DNA from: a virus
Taxonomy: Duplodnaviria; Heunggongvirae; Uroviricota; Caudoviricetes
Length of the DNA stretch: 40,668 bases
Strand: one strand, 5' to 3'
IMG/VR virus record: IMGVR_UViG_2534682060_000017
Coordinates: 1 to 40,668 of that record
Shown here: positions 25,445-34,438 of the stretch, in pieces
Layout: each line of letters opens with the position of its first letter
Numbering within the stretch: the stretch's first letter is position 1
Made by a program: the position numbers and the translations under genes
The notes under the pieces: model-generated
Database searches by the model: none
What the model was told of the DNA's origin: nothing
What the model saw: only the letters and a program-made list of their open reading frames with translations

Positions 25445-27544
25445 ATGGGTTTTTCATCAGCCCGAAATTTGGGAAGGGACATATCGGCAGGATTTTCCCC
25501 ACCACGTCGCATGCCGATTTCGGAGGCTGTTAAAAAATTCATGCGTGTTCCCAAGGGGGCTGGTAACTCGGTGCCATGGGATCCTGAACTGACACCCTAC
25601 ATCATTGAGCCCATGAACTGCCTGGCATCGCGTGAATACGATGCGGTGATTTTTGTTGGTCCTGCGCGAACAGGGAAGACCATTGGTCTGATCGATGGAT
25701 GGATTGTCTATACCATCGTTTGCGATCCTTCGGACATGCTCGTTGTGCAGATGACCGAAGATAAGGCCCGCGAGCATTCGAAAAAGCGCCTCGACAGAAC
25801 GTTCAGAAGCAGTGCGGCGGTAAAGAAAAGAATGAGTCCACGTCGTAACGACAATAATGTCCATGATAAGACGTTCAGGGATGGCTCGTTCCTTAAAATT
25901 GGTTGGCCCTCGGTCAACATTATGTCGTCGTCGGATTACCGGTTTGTCGCCTTAACCGATTACGACCGTTTTCCGGAGAATATCGACAGCGAGGGTGATG
26001 GTTTCTCCCTGGCCTCAAAACGTACCACCACATTTATGTCCGCCGGGATGACTCTGGTGGAGAGCTCGCCGGGACGTGACATCTGCGACAGCAAATGGCG
26101 ACGTAAGTCGCCTCATGAAGCGCCACCGACGACTGGTATTCTTTCCCTTTACAATCGTGGTGACCGCCGCCGCTGGTACTGGCCATGTCCGCACTGCGGT
26201 GAATATTTTCAGCCAGCTATGGATGCCATGACCGGCTACCGTAATGAACCGGATCCCTTTAAAGCCAGTGAGGCGGCGTATCTACTTTGCCCGCACTGCA
26301 GCGGCATTATCACTGCGGAGAAAAAGCGTGAGCTCAATAGTGCAGGAGTCTGGTTGCGTGAAGGTCAGGTCATTGATCGTAACGGCAACGTTTCCGGTGA
26401 ACCGCGCCGCTCCCGTATCGCCAGTTTCTGGATGGAAGGGCCAGCTGCTGCGTATCAGACCTGGGCGCAACTGGTTTACAAATTACTGACTGCAGAACAG
26501 GAGTATGAAGCGACAGGAAGCGAAGAAACACTCAGGGCGGTTATCAACACCGACTGGGGATTGCCTTATCTTCCTCGTGCCAGCATGGAGCAACGAAAAA
26601 GTGAACTGCTTGAGCAGCGGGCAGAGCCAGTTCCTTCCCGCAGTGTGCCGGATGGCGTTAATTTCCTTGTGGCGACAGTGGATGTGCAGGCGGGACGTCA
26701 TCGCCGTTTTGTGGTTCAGGTAACGGGCTATGGCAGCCGTGGCGAACGCTGGATTATTGATCGTTACAACATCACGCAGTCATTGCGCAGTGACTGCGAC
26801 GGGGAGAGCCAGCGAATTGATCCGGCCAGCTATCCGGAAGACTGGGATGTCCTGCTGACGGATGTTTTTCATAAAAGCTGGCCGCTGGCCTCCGATCCTT
26901 CTCAACAAATGCGACTGATGGCAATGGCGGTGGACTCCGGCGGTGAAGACGGGGTCACTGATAATGCCTATAAATTCTGGCGTCGTTGCCGTCGTGATGG
27001 CCTTGGTAAACGTATTTACCTGTTTAAGGGCGACAGCATCCGGCGCGCAAAACTGATCAGCCGTACATTCCCTGATAACACCGGACGAACGGGCCGCCGG
27101 GCGCAGGCCGCAGGTGATGTGCCGCTCTGGCTTCTTCAGACGGATGCCCTGAAAGACCGGGTGAATAACGCGTTATGGCGTGACTCGCCAGGTCCAGGCT
27201 ATGTGCATTTCCCTGACTGGCTGGGGAGCTGGTTTTACGACGAACTGACGTATGAAGAGCGGAGCAGTGACGGGAAATGGAGTAAGCCGGGTCGCGGTGC
27301 CAACGAAGCTTTTGACCTGATGGTGTATGCCGAGGCTCTGGTCATTCTGCATGGATACGAAAAGATCCGCTGGCCGGATGCACCGGAGTGGGCGAGCCGG
27401 GAAACCTGGCTGGAGTGTGTCCAGGACAGTACCGAACCGTCATCCTCACCGGAACCGGTATCCACGCCTGTTAAAAAACAAAAACGGAAGAAAACAGTAA
27501 CTGACGATGTTAACCCCTGGCTGACTTCCGGAGGATGGTTATGA
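25445..27544 (+). CDS. Terminase large subunit (lambda gpA-like)
   Basis: 699-aa ORF with AGGAGG RBS; size and position match gpA-family terminases; N-terminal GPARTGKT Walker A-like motif. Confidence 0.9.
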   Translation: MGFSSARNLGRDISAGFSPPRRMPISEAVKKFMRVPKGAGNSVPWDPELTPYIIEPMNCLASREYDAVIFVGPARTGKTIGLIDGWIVYTIVCDPSDMLVVQMTEDKAREHSKKRLDRTFRSSAAVKKRMSPRRNDNNVHDKTFRDGSFLKIGWPSVNIMSSSDYRFVALTDYDRFPENIDSEGDGFSLASKRTTTFMSAGMTLVESSPGRDICDSKWRRKSPHEAPPTTGILSLYNRGDRRRWYWPCPHCGEYFQPAMDAMTGYRNEPDPFKASEAAYLLCPHCSGIITAEKKRELNSAGVWLREGQVIDRNGNVSGEPRRSRIASFWMEGPAAAYQTWAQLVYKLLTAEQEYEATGSEETLRAVINTDWGLPYLPRASMEQRKSELLEQRAEPVPSRSVPDGVNFLVATVDVQAGRHRRFVVQVTGYGSRGERWIIDRYNITQSLRSDCDGESQRIDPASYPEDWDVLLTDVFHKSWPLASDPSQQMRLMAMAVDSGGEDGVTDNAYKFWRRCRRDGLGKRIYLFKGDSIRRAKLISRTFPDNTGRTGRRAQAAGDVPLWLLQTDALKDRVNNALWRDSPGPGYVHFPDWLGSWFYDELTYEERSSDGKWSKPGRGANEAFDLMVYAEALVILHGYEKIRWPDAPEWASRETWLECVQDSTEPSSSPEPVSTPVKKQKRKKTVTDDVNPWLTSGGWL

Positions 27545-27753
27545 ACCAGAATGATATCGAAGCCATGATTCAGCGTTATATGGAAGCTGAAATGGCGGTG
27601 CTGGACGGAAAATCCGTCACCTTTAATGGTCAGCAGATGACCATGGAAAACTTATCTGAGATCCGGCAGGGACGGCAGGAGTGGGAGCGCCGCCTTGCGG
27701 CTCTGATTACACGACGACGGGGGCATCCCGGGTACCGGCTGGCGAGGTTCTGA
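27541..27753 (+). CDS. Head-tail joining protein (gpW-like)
   Basis: 70-aa product between terminase and portal; ends ..RRRGHPGYRLARF, similar to lambda gpW C-terminus; ATGA overlap with portal start. Confidence 0.7.
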   Translation: MNQNDIEAMIQRYMEAEMAVLDGKSVTFNGQQMTMENLSEIRQGRQEWERRLAALITRRRGHPGYRLARF

Positions 27754-29261
27754 TGGCAATTCTTGATGATGTGATTGGCGTTTTTTCACCAGGATGGAAA
27801 GCGGCAAGGCTGCGTTCCCGTGCGGTGATCCAGGCTTATGAGGCCGTAAAAACGACGCGGACACACAAAGCCCGACGGGAGAACCGAACTGCCGACCAGT
27901 TAAGCCAGTACGGGGCCGTGTCGTTACGTGAGCAGGCCCGTTACCTTGATAACAACCACGATCTGGTTATTGGTGTATTTGACAAGCTGGAAGAACGGGT
28001 GGTGGGGAAAAACGGGATTATTGTCGAGCCACATCCGGTATTACGCAATGGGGCCATTGCCCGTGACCTGGCTGCGGAGATTCGCACCCGATGGAGTGAA
28101 TGGTCTGTCAGCCCGGAAGTCACCGGGCAGTTTACCCGTCCGATGCTGGAACGTCTGATGCTTCGTACCTGGCTGCGCGATGGTGAGGTGTTTGCCCAGA
28201 TGGTTTCCGGGCGCATAAATAGCCTGACGCCTTCTGCCGGTGTTCATTTCTGGCTGGAGGCGCTCGAGCCGGACTTTATTCCCATGACCAGTGATGAGAG
28301 CAACAGGCTGAATCAGGGCGTGTTTGTTGATGACTGGGGGCGTCCCGAAAAATATCTGGTGTATAAAAGCCGTCCCGTATCCGGGCGGCAGATGGAAACC
28401 AAAGAAGTGGATGCAGAGCGAATGCTGCATCTTAAATTTGTTCGCCGTCTGCACCAGATGCGCGGGACGTCTTTATTGTCCGGTGTGCTGATCCGCCTCA
28501 GTGCCCTGAAAGAGTATGAAGATTCTGAGCTGACTGCAGCAAGGATCGCCGCTGCTCTGGGGATGTACATCCGCAAAGGCGACGGGCAGAGCTATGAAAC
28601 GGATGGTAATGGCAGCAAGGAGAATGAACGCGAGCTTACCATTCAGCCTGGCATTATTTACGACGATCTGAAACCCGGCGAAGAAATCGGAATGGTGAAG
28701 TCGGATCGCCCCAATCCTAACCTTGAAACTTTTCGTAATGGTCAGTTGCGTGCCGTGGCGGCGGGCAGTCGTCTGAGTTTTTCCAGTACGGCACGCAACT
28801 ATAACGGCACTTACAGCGCCCAGCGTCAGGAGCTGGTTGAATCCACTGATGGCTACCTGATCCTGCAGGACTGGTTTATTGGTGCCGTCACCCGTCCGAT
28901 GTACCGTGCCTGGCTGAAACAGGCTGTGGCATCCGGTGTTATCAGGCTACCCCGCGATCTTGACCGTTCTTCACTGTATACCGCGGTGTATTCCGGACCG
29001 GTGATGCCGTGGATTGACCCTGTTAAGGAGGCTGAGGCCTGGAAAATCCAGATTCGTGGTGGAGCGGCGACAGAATCAGACTGGGTACGTGCTGGTGGTC
29101 GTAATCCGGATGATGTCAAACGTCGGCGCAAGGCCGAAATTGATGAAAACCGCAAGCTGGATCTGGTATTTGATACCGATCCGGCCAGTGATAAAGGAGG
29201 CAGCAGTGCCGCAACGAAACGACAGGAGCCGCAGCACACCGACGACCAGTCCGAAGAATAA
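27753..29261 (+). CDS. Portal protein (lambda gpB-like)
   Basis: 502-aa ORF after W; size, position and acidic C-terminus consistent with lambda-type portal. Confidence 0.9.
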   Translation: MAILDDVIGVFSPGWKAARLRSRAVIQAYEAVKTTRTHKARRENRTADQLSQYGAVSLREQARYLDNNHDLVIGVFDKLEERVVGKNGIIVEPHPVLRNGAIARDLAAEIRTRWSEWSVSPEVTGQFTRPMLERLMLRTWLRDGEVFAQMVSGRINSLTPSAGVHFWLEALEPDFIPMTSDESNRLNQGVFVDDWGRPEKYLVYKSRPVSGRQMETKEVDAERMLHLKFVRRLHQMRGTSLLSGVLIRLSALKEYEDSELTAARIAAALGMYIRKGDGQSYETDGNGSKENERELTIQPGIIYDDLKPGEEIGMVKSDRPNPNLETFRNGQLRAVAAGSRLSFSSTARNYNGTYSAQRQELVESTDGYLILQDWFIGAVTRPMYRAWLKQAVASGVIRLPRDLDRSSLYTAVYSGPVMPWIDPVKEAEAWKIQIRGGAATESDWVRAGGRNPDDVKRRRKAEIDENRKLDLVFDTDPASDKGGSSAATKRQEPQHTDDQSEE

Positions 29262-29274
29262 TTCCTGGTTCAGG

Positions 29275-31233
29275 ATGCAGGCTGGTCACCAGAGTGACGC
29301 GGATATTTATATTTATGACGAGATTGGTTTCTGGGGTGTTACAGCGAAGCAGTTTATCAGTGATCTGAATGCACTGGGCGATATCACCCACATTAATCTC
29401 CATATTAATTCACCGGGTGGCGATGTCTTTGAAGGCATCGCCATTTTTAATGCGCTGAAAACACATGGTGCGTCCATTACCGTTTATGTCGACGGTGTGG
29501 CGGCGTCAATGGCGTCGGTCATTGCGATGGTGGGAAACCCGGTCATTATGCCGGAAAACACCTTCATGATGATTCATAAACCATTTGGCTTTACGGGCGG
29601 TGATGCGGAGGACATGCGCACCTATGCCGACCTGCTCGATAAAGTTGAGGCGGTTCTGTTACCCGCTTATGCACAGAAAACCGGGAAAACCACCGATGAA
29701 ATTGCTGCCATGCTGGCGGATGAGACCTGGATGTCCGGTGCCGAATGTCTGGCACAGGGATTTGCTGATCAGGTAACGCCAGCCGTTAAGGCAATGGCAT
29801 GTATTCAGTCAAAACGTACAGAGGAATTTAAAAAGATGCCGGAATCCATTCGAAACATGATTACTCCGCCACGCAACAGTGCTCCACGCGTACAGGATGA
29901 TGAACCTGCAGTCTCCCGGACGCCAGTGCAGGCAGCAGCACCCGTGGTGGATGAAAACAGTATCCGTGCGCAGGTACTGGCAGAGCAAAAAGCGCGTGTA
30001 AACGGTATTAATGATCTGTTTGCCATGTTTGGCGGGCGCTATCAGACGCTGCAGGCTCAGTGTCTTGCCGATCCTGAATGTTCGCTGGAGCAGGCCCGCG
30101 AAAAGTTGTTGAACGAGATGGGGCGCGAGTCCACGCCATCCAATAAAAATACCCCGGCTCATATTTATGCCGGTAACGGTAATTTTGTGGGGGACGGGAT
30201 CCGCCAGGCGCTGATGGCGCGTGCCGGATTTGAAAAAACCGAACGTGATAATGTCTACAACGGGATGACCCTGCGTGAATATGCCCGTATGTCACTGACT
30301 GAACGGGGTATTGGGGTTTCCGGTTATAACCCGATGCAGATGGTCGGTGCGGCGTTCACACACAGTACGTCTGACTTCGGTAATATTCTGCTGGATGTTG
30401 CGAACAAAGCCATTCTGCAGGGCTGGGAAGATGCCCCTGAAACCTATGAACAGTGGACGCGGAAAGGTCAGTTGTCTGATTTTAAAATTGCCCATCGTGT
30501 GGGTATGGGGGGCTTCAGTGCTCTGCGTCAGGTGCGTGAAGGGGCGGAATATAAATACGTCACCACCGGAGATAAACAGGCCACTATTGCACTGGCGACC
30601 TATGGTGAGCTGTTCAGTATCACCCGTCAGGCCATTATCAATGATGATCTGAATATGCTGACCGATGTCCCGATGAAACTGGGCCGTGCGGCGAAATCCA
30701 CTATTGCCGATCTGGTTTATGCCATTCTGACGTCTAACCCGAAAATCTCCACAGATAATGTAAGTCTGTTCGATAAAGCGAAACATGCAAACGTACTGGA
30801 GAGCGCTGCAATGGACGTGGCATCGCTGGATAAAGCCCGCCAGTTGATGCGCGTTCAGAAAGAGGGGGAGCGTCATCTGAATATTCGTCCTGCGTTCGTA
30901 CTGGTACCGACGGCGATGGAGTCTGTTGCTAACCAGGTCATTCACTCCTCAAGTGTCAAGGGGGCTGACATTAACGCCGGTATTATTAACCCGGTGAAAG
31001 ATTTTGCGACCGTTATTGCAGAGCCTCGTCTTGATGATAACAGCCAGACCACCTTCTACCTGGCTGCGTCAAAAGGCTCCGATACGATTGAAGTGGCTTA
31101 TCTCAACGGTGTGGATACGCCATATATTGATCAGATGGAGGGCTTCAGTGTGGATGGCGTGACAACGAAAGTGCGTATTGACGCCGGTGTCGCGCCAGTT
31201 GATCACCGCGGTCTGGTGAAATGTACGGCGTAA
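29275..31233 (+). CDS. Fused prohead protease (ClpP/S49-like) - scaffold linker - major capsid protein
   Basis: N-terminal region IYIYDEIGFWG...INSPGGDV...ASMASVIAM matches ClpP-like serine protease; C-terminal 300+ aa capsid-like; one continuous frame; strong terminator after stop. Confidence 0.8.
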   Translation: MQAGHQSDADIYIYDEIGFWGVTAKQFISDLNALGDITHINLHINSPGGDVFEGIAIFNALKTHGASITVYVDGVAASMASVIAMVGNPVIMPENTFMMIHKPFGFTGGDAEDMRTYADLLDKVEAVLLPAYAQKTGKTTDEIAAMLADETWMSGAECLAQGFADQVTPAVKAMACIQSKRTEEFKKMPESIRNMITPPRNSAPRVQDDEPAVSRTPVQAAAPVVDENSIRAQVLAEQKARVNGINDLFAMFGGRYQTLQAQCLADPECSLEQAREKLLNEMGRESTPSNKNTPAHIYAGNGNFVGDGIRQALMARAGFEKTERDNVYNGMTLREYARMSLTERGIGVSGYNPMQMVGAAFTHSTSDFGNILLDVANKAILQGWEDAPETYEQWTRKGQLSDFKIAHRVGMGGFSALRQVREGAEYKYVTTGDKQATIALATYGELFSITRQAIINDDLNMLTDVPMKLGRAAKSTIADLVYAILTSNPKISTDNVSLFDKAKHANVLESAAMDVASLDKARQLMRVQKEGERHLNIRPAFVLVPTAMESVANQVIHSSSVKGADINAGIINPVKDFATVIAEPRLDDNSQTTFYLAASKGSDTIEVAYLNGVDTPYIDQMEGFSVDGVTTKVRIDAGVAPVDHRGLVKCTA

Positions 31234-31256
31234 ACGTCGCAGACAACAACTCTGAT

Positions 31257-31277
31257 GGCCCGTAAGGGCTTTTTTTG
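31257..31277 (+). terminator. Rho-independent terminator after capsid gene
   Basis: GCCC-GTAA-GGGC followed by T7. Confidence 0.55.
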
Positions 31278-31319
31278 TACCTGAAATCAGCCCCTGAACG
31301 GGGCTGTGCGGAGACAGTT

Positions 31320-31643
31320 ATGGCAAAGAATTTTGTAGAAGAAGGAAAAACGGTGGCGATTGTTGCCAGTGCAGCCATCAGCAGCGGAGATCTGGTGCAG
31401 GTGGGTGATGTTTTTGCGGTGGCGCTGACCGATATTCCACAGGGTGAAACAGGCGACGGCCTGACCGAAGGTGTGTTTATGCTGCCTAAGCTGAAAACGG
31501 ATGACATGAAAACGGGTAAGAAGGTTTATCTGAAGTCCGGAAAAGTTCAGCTGACTAACAGCGGCTCTGATCCGCTGGTCGGGGTTGTCTGGGCAGATGC
31601 CGGAACCAGTGCAGAAGAAGTGCCGGTAAAACTCAATGTCTGA
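31320..31643 (+). CDS. DUF2190-like head protein (decoration/stabilisation candidate)
   Basis: 107-aa ORF with GGAGA RBS in the Fi-equivalent position after the capsid gene. Confidence 0.5.
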   Translation: MAKNFVEEGKTVAIVASAAISSGDLVQVGDVFAVALTDIPQGETGDGLTEGVFMLPKLKTDDMKTGKKVYLKSGKVQLTNSGSDPLVGVVWADAGTSAEEVPVKLNV

Positions 31644-31911
31644 TCCCTTTTCCCGGCTGGCAGCGCGTATGGATGCGATCACGGTCAGAAAGATGGGAAA
31701 GACAGCCTCGATTAATGATGTCGATATGACTGTGATCCCGGGAGAAACACTGGCAGAGCTGAATGCTCTGTCCGGACCTGCGGTATCTCTGGTGGTGTTT
31801 TCTTCGGGATACCGCCCACGGCGCGGGGATCGCGTTGTTTATGACAGACAACAATGGACGGTCACACGGCATGAACGCTTTAACGGTAAGCCAATGATCT
31901 TTATTGAGTAA
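31636..31911 (+). CDS. Head-tail connector protein (lambda FII-like)
   Basis: 91-aa ORF overlapping upstream stop; pattern incl. RRGD resembles lambda FII; position before Z. Confidence 0.6.
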   Translation: MSDPFSRLAARMDAITVRKMGKTASINDVDMTVIPGETLAELNALSGPAVSLVVFSSGYRPRRGDRVVYDRQQWTVTRHERFNGKPMIFIE

Positions 31912-31922
31912 AGAGGTGTGGG

Positions 31923-32501
31923 ATGAAGGGGCTTGAGAATGCCATCCGCAATCTGAACAGCCTTGATACCCGTATGGTGCCACAGGCCAGCGCATGGGCG
32001 ATAAACCGTGTGGCACAGAAAGCGGTCTCGGTTGCCACCCGGCAGGTTGCCGGGAATACCGTTGCGGGAGATAACCAGGTGAAAGGGATCCCCCTGAAAC
32101 TGGTACGTCAGCGTGTCCGGGTGTTTAAAGCCAGTCCGTCAGGAAAAATGACGGCCAGGATCCGCGTTAACCGGGGCAATCTGCCCGCCATTAAGCTGGG
32201 GACAGCCCGGGTCAGACTGACCCGGCGTGGTGGAAAACTGCAGTACCGTGGCAGTGTGCTGAAGGTGGGTAAATATCTTTTCCGGGATGCGTTTATTCAG
32301 CAACTGGCGAATGGTCGCTGGCATGTGATGCGGCGTATTGATGGCAAAAATCGTTACCCCATTGATGTGGTGAAAATCCCGCTGTCCGGACCGCTGACAC
32401 AGGCATTTGAAGATGCCCGCGACCGCATCATTGCTGCAGAAATGCCGAAACAGCTGGGGTATGCACTGAAACAACAACTGAGGTTATGGCTGACCCGATG
32501 A
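31923..32501 (+). CDS. Z: Minor tail protein Z
   Basis: 192 aa, same length as lambda gpZ; strong similarity by recall (..NGRWHVMRRIDGKNRYPIDVVKIP..). Confidence 0.85.
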   Translation: MKGLENAIRNLNSLDTRMVPQASAWAINRVAQKAVSVATRQVAGNTVAGDNQVKGIPLKLVRQRVRVFKASPSGKMTARIRVNRGNLPAIKLGTARVRLTRRGGKLQYRGSVLKVGKYLFRDAFIQQLANGRWHVMRRIDGKNRYPIDVVKIPLSGPLTQAFEDARDRIIAAEMPKQLGYALKQQLRLWLTR

Positions 32502-32899
32502 ACCGACATACACAAATCCGCCAGGTCGTACTGGCACGCCTTCGGGAACAGTGTGGAGACAGCGCCACGTTTTTTGACGGGCTTCCGGCATTTGTTGATG
32601 CGCAGGAACTGCCTGCCGTGGCGGTGTGGCTGAGTGATGCTCAGTACACCGGAAAAATGACGGATGAAGATGACTGGCAGGCTGTTCTGCATATTGCTGT
32701 CTTCATCCGGGCACAGGCACCGGATTCAGAGCTGGATATGTGGATGGAGAGCACCATTTTCCCGGCCCTGAATGATGTACCGGCACTTTCCGGACTCATC
32801 GACACCCTGATCCCACTCGGTTTTAACTATCAACGTGATAATGAGATGGCCACCTGGGCGATGGCGGAAATCACGTACCAGATCACGTACACGAATTAA
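32498..32899 (+). CDS. U: Tail terminator protein U
   Basis: Start overlaps Z stop (ATGA); product aligns with lambda gpU (..ATFFDG.P..VD..ELPAVAVWLSDAQYTG.. PDSELDMWMES..). Confidence 0.85.
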   Translation: MNRHTQIRQVVLARLREQCGDSATFFDGLPAFVDAQELPAVAVWLSDAQYTGKMTDEDDWQAVLHIAVFIRAQAPDSELDMWMESTIFPALNDVPALSGLIDTLIPLGFNYQRDNEMATWAMAEITYQITYTN

Positions 32900-32909
32900 G
32901 GAGGTGGTA

Positions 32910-33653
32910 ATGACCACACCAAATCCACTGGCAAAAACGAAAGGTGCGGGAACGACGTTCTGGATGTATACCGGCAAGGGCGATGCGTTTGCGAACCCTT
33001 TATCGGACACTGACTGGCTGCGTCTTGCGATGGTGAAGGATCTGCAACCTGGCGAAATGACCGCTGATGCAGAAGATGACACTTATCTCGATGATGAAGA
33101 TGCAGACTGGAAAACGACAACCCAGGGGCAGAAATCCGTTGGTGATACTTCGGCGACGCTGGCCTGGCGTCCGGGTGACAGCGGGCAGAAAAAACTGGTT
33201 CAGTTGTTCGACTCCGGTGAAGTCTGCGCGTTTCGTATCAAATATCCCAACGGTACTGTTGATGTTTTCCGTGGCTGGCTGAGTTCACTGGGTAAAACCA
33301 TTGCCTCAAAAGACGTGATGACCCGCACCGTGAAAATCAGCGGTGTGGGGCGTCCATATCTGGCAGAGGAGGGCACTGAAACCGTGGGCGTTACCGGGCT
33401 GACGGTGGCACCGGCATCCGCCAGTGTCAATGTGGGAGCAACCACCACGCTGACCTTTACAGTAAAACCTGACGGAGCCAGTGACAAAGCGATCAGTGTG
33501 CATTCGACAGATCCACAGACAGCCACTGTGACCCTGAACGGACTTGTGGCCACGGTGAAAGGCGTGAAGCAGGGCAGTGTCAGCATTGTGGGCATGACTT
33601 CTGACGGCGAGTTTGTGGCAGTGGCTACGGTGGCTGTCAGCGCCGCAGGTTAA
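32910..33653 (+). CDS. V: Major tail protein V with C-terminal Ig-like domain
   Basis: AAGGAGG RBS; strong similarity to lambda gpV (KGAGTT.W.Y.G.GD..ANPLSD.DW.RLA.VKDL.PGE.TA...DD.YLDDEDADW..). Confidence 0.9.
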   Translation: MTTPNPLAKTKGAGTTFWMYTGKGDAFANPLSDTDWLRLAMVKDLQPGEMTADAEDDTYLDDEDADWKTTTQGQKSVGDTSATLAWRPGDSGQKKLVQLFDSGEVCAFRIKYPNGTVDVFRGWLSSLGKTIASKDVMTRTVKISGVGRPYLAEEGTETVGVTGLTVAPASASVNVGATTTLTFTVKPDGASDKAISVHSTDPQTATVTLNGLVATVKGVKQGSVSIVGMTSDGEFVAVATVAVSAAG

Positions 33654-33673
33654 CAGGACGATACTCATCATTT

Positions 33674-33697
33674 GCCCCGGTTATCCGGGGCTTTTTT
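33674..33697 (+). terminator. Hairpin terminator between V and G
   Basis: GCCCCGG-TTAT-CCGGGGC followed by T6. Confidence 0.5.
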
Positions 33698-33713
33698 GCA
33701 GGTGGAGAACATG

Positions 33714-34100
33714 ATGTTTCTGAAACAGGGCACGTTTAATTATGAAAAACAGTCCGTGGTGCTCAGTGAGCTGTCCGGGTTGCAGAGAATTGAATATCTG
33801 GCTTTTCTTCAGCAGCGAACGGCAAAGTTTGATGCCGAAGAGGGAGAACTGCCGGAGGCTGAACGACGGATTGCTTTTCTGCGGATGGGGATGGATATCA
33901 ATGCCTGGCTGGTTTCCCGCTCACTGTGGAATGCGGAACAGTCTCAGGATGTTGAGACGCTTTACGCATCCGTTATTACAACATGGTCGTATGATGCCCT
34001 GGGAGCGGGGGCGGAGATGGTTCTGTCGCTGAGCGGTATGGGAGCCATTGAGAATGCCGGGGATTTTGAGCATGAGGCGCTGACGCCGGAAAAGTCCTGA
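33714..34100 (+). CDS. G: Tail assembly chaperone G
   Basis: Starts MFLKQG.. as lambda gpG starts MFLK..; GGTGGAG RBS; stop at 34098-34100. Confidence 0.8.
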   Translation: MFLKQGTFNYEKQSVVLSELSGLQRIEYLAFLQQRTAKFDAEEGELPEAERRIAFLRMGMDINAWLVSRSLWNAEQSQDVETLYASVITTWSYDALGAGAEMVLSLSGMGAIENAGDFEHEALTPEKS

Positions 34101-34438
34101 TGCGGGAAATGCAGTTTGTCATGCGGCTTGCCCGGGAGTTCCGGCGGGCAGACTGGCGGCGGATGCTGTCGGAAATGTCGGCCACTGAGCTTGGTGAGTG
34201 GGGCGATTATTTCCGGATGCAGAGCTTCAGTGATGTGTGGATGGATGCGCAGTTTGCCTCGCTGAAGGCATTGATCGTGAGAATGGTGTCCGGCAGCAGT
34301 GATGCTGCGGTGGCTGATTTCAGCCTTTTACCGGAAGAGAACGGGATACCGGAGCGAACGGACGAAGAACTGATGCATCTTGGGGAAGGTATTTCCGGAG
34401 GTGTGCGTTATGGACCAGATAGCCAACCTGGTCATTGA
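34076..34438 (+). CDS. T: Tail assembly chaperone T-frame segment (expressed as G-T fusion by -1 frameshift)
   Basis: ORF in -1 frame relative to G, open from 34076; product ..MRLAREFRRADWRRML.. ..GGVRYGPD.. matches lambda gpT; no independent RBS. Confidence 0.7.
   Translation, partial: GADAGKVLMREMQFVMRLAREFRRADWRRMLSEMSATELGEWGDYFRMQSFSDVWMDAQFASLKALIVRMVSGSSDAAVADFSLLPEENGIPERTDEELMHLGEGISGGVRYGPDSQPGH

Noticed and set aside
29014-29274. 5' extension of the capsid-fusion ORF overlapping the portal gene
   Set aside because: The extension overlaps the portal 3' end by 248 nt; the ClpP-like domain begins right after ATG 29275, just downstream of the portal stop, so the shorter start is preferred.
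30292-30945. 217-aa minus-strand ORF inside the protease-capsid gene
   Set aside because: Antisense to a strongly supported structural gene; Arg/Cys-rich composition typical of antisense translation of GC-rich coding DNA.
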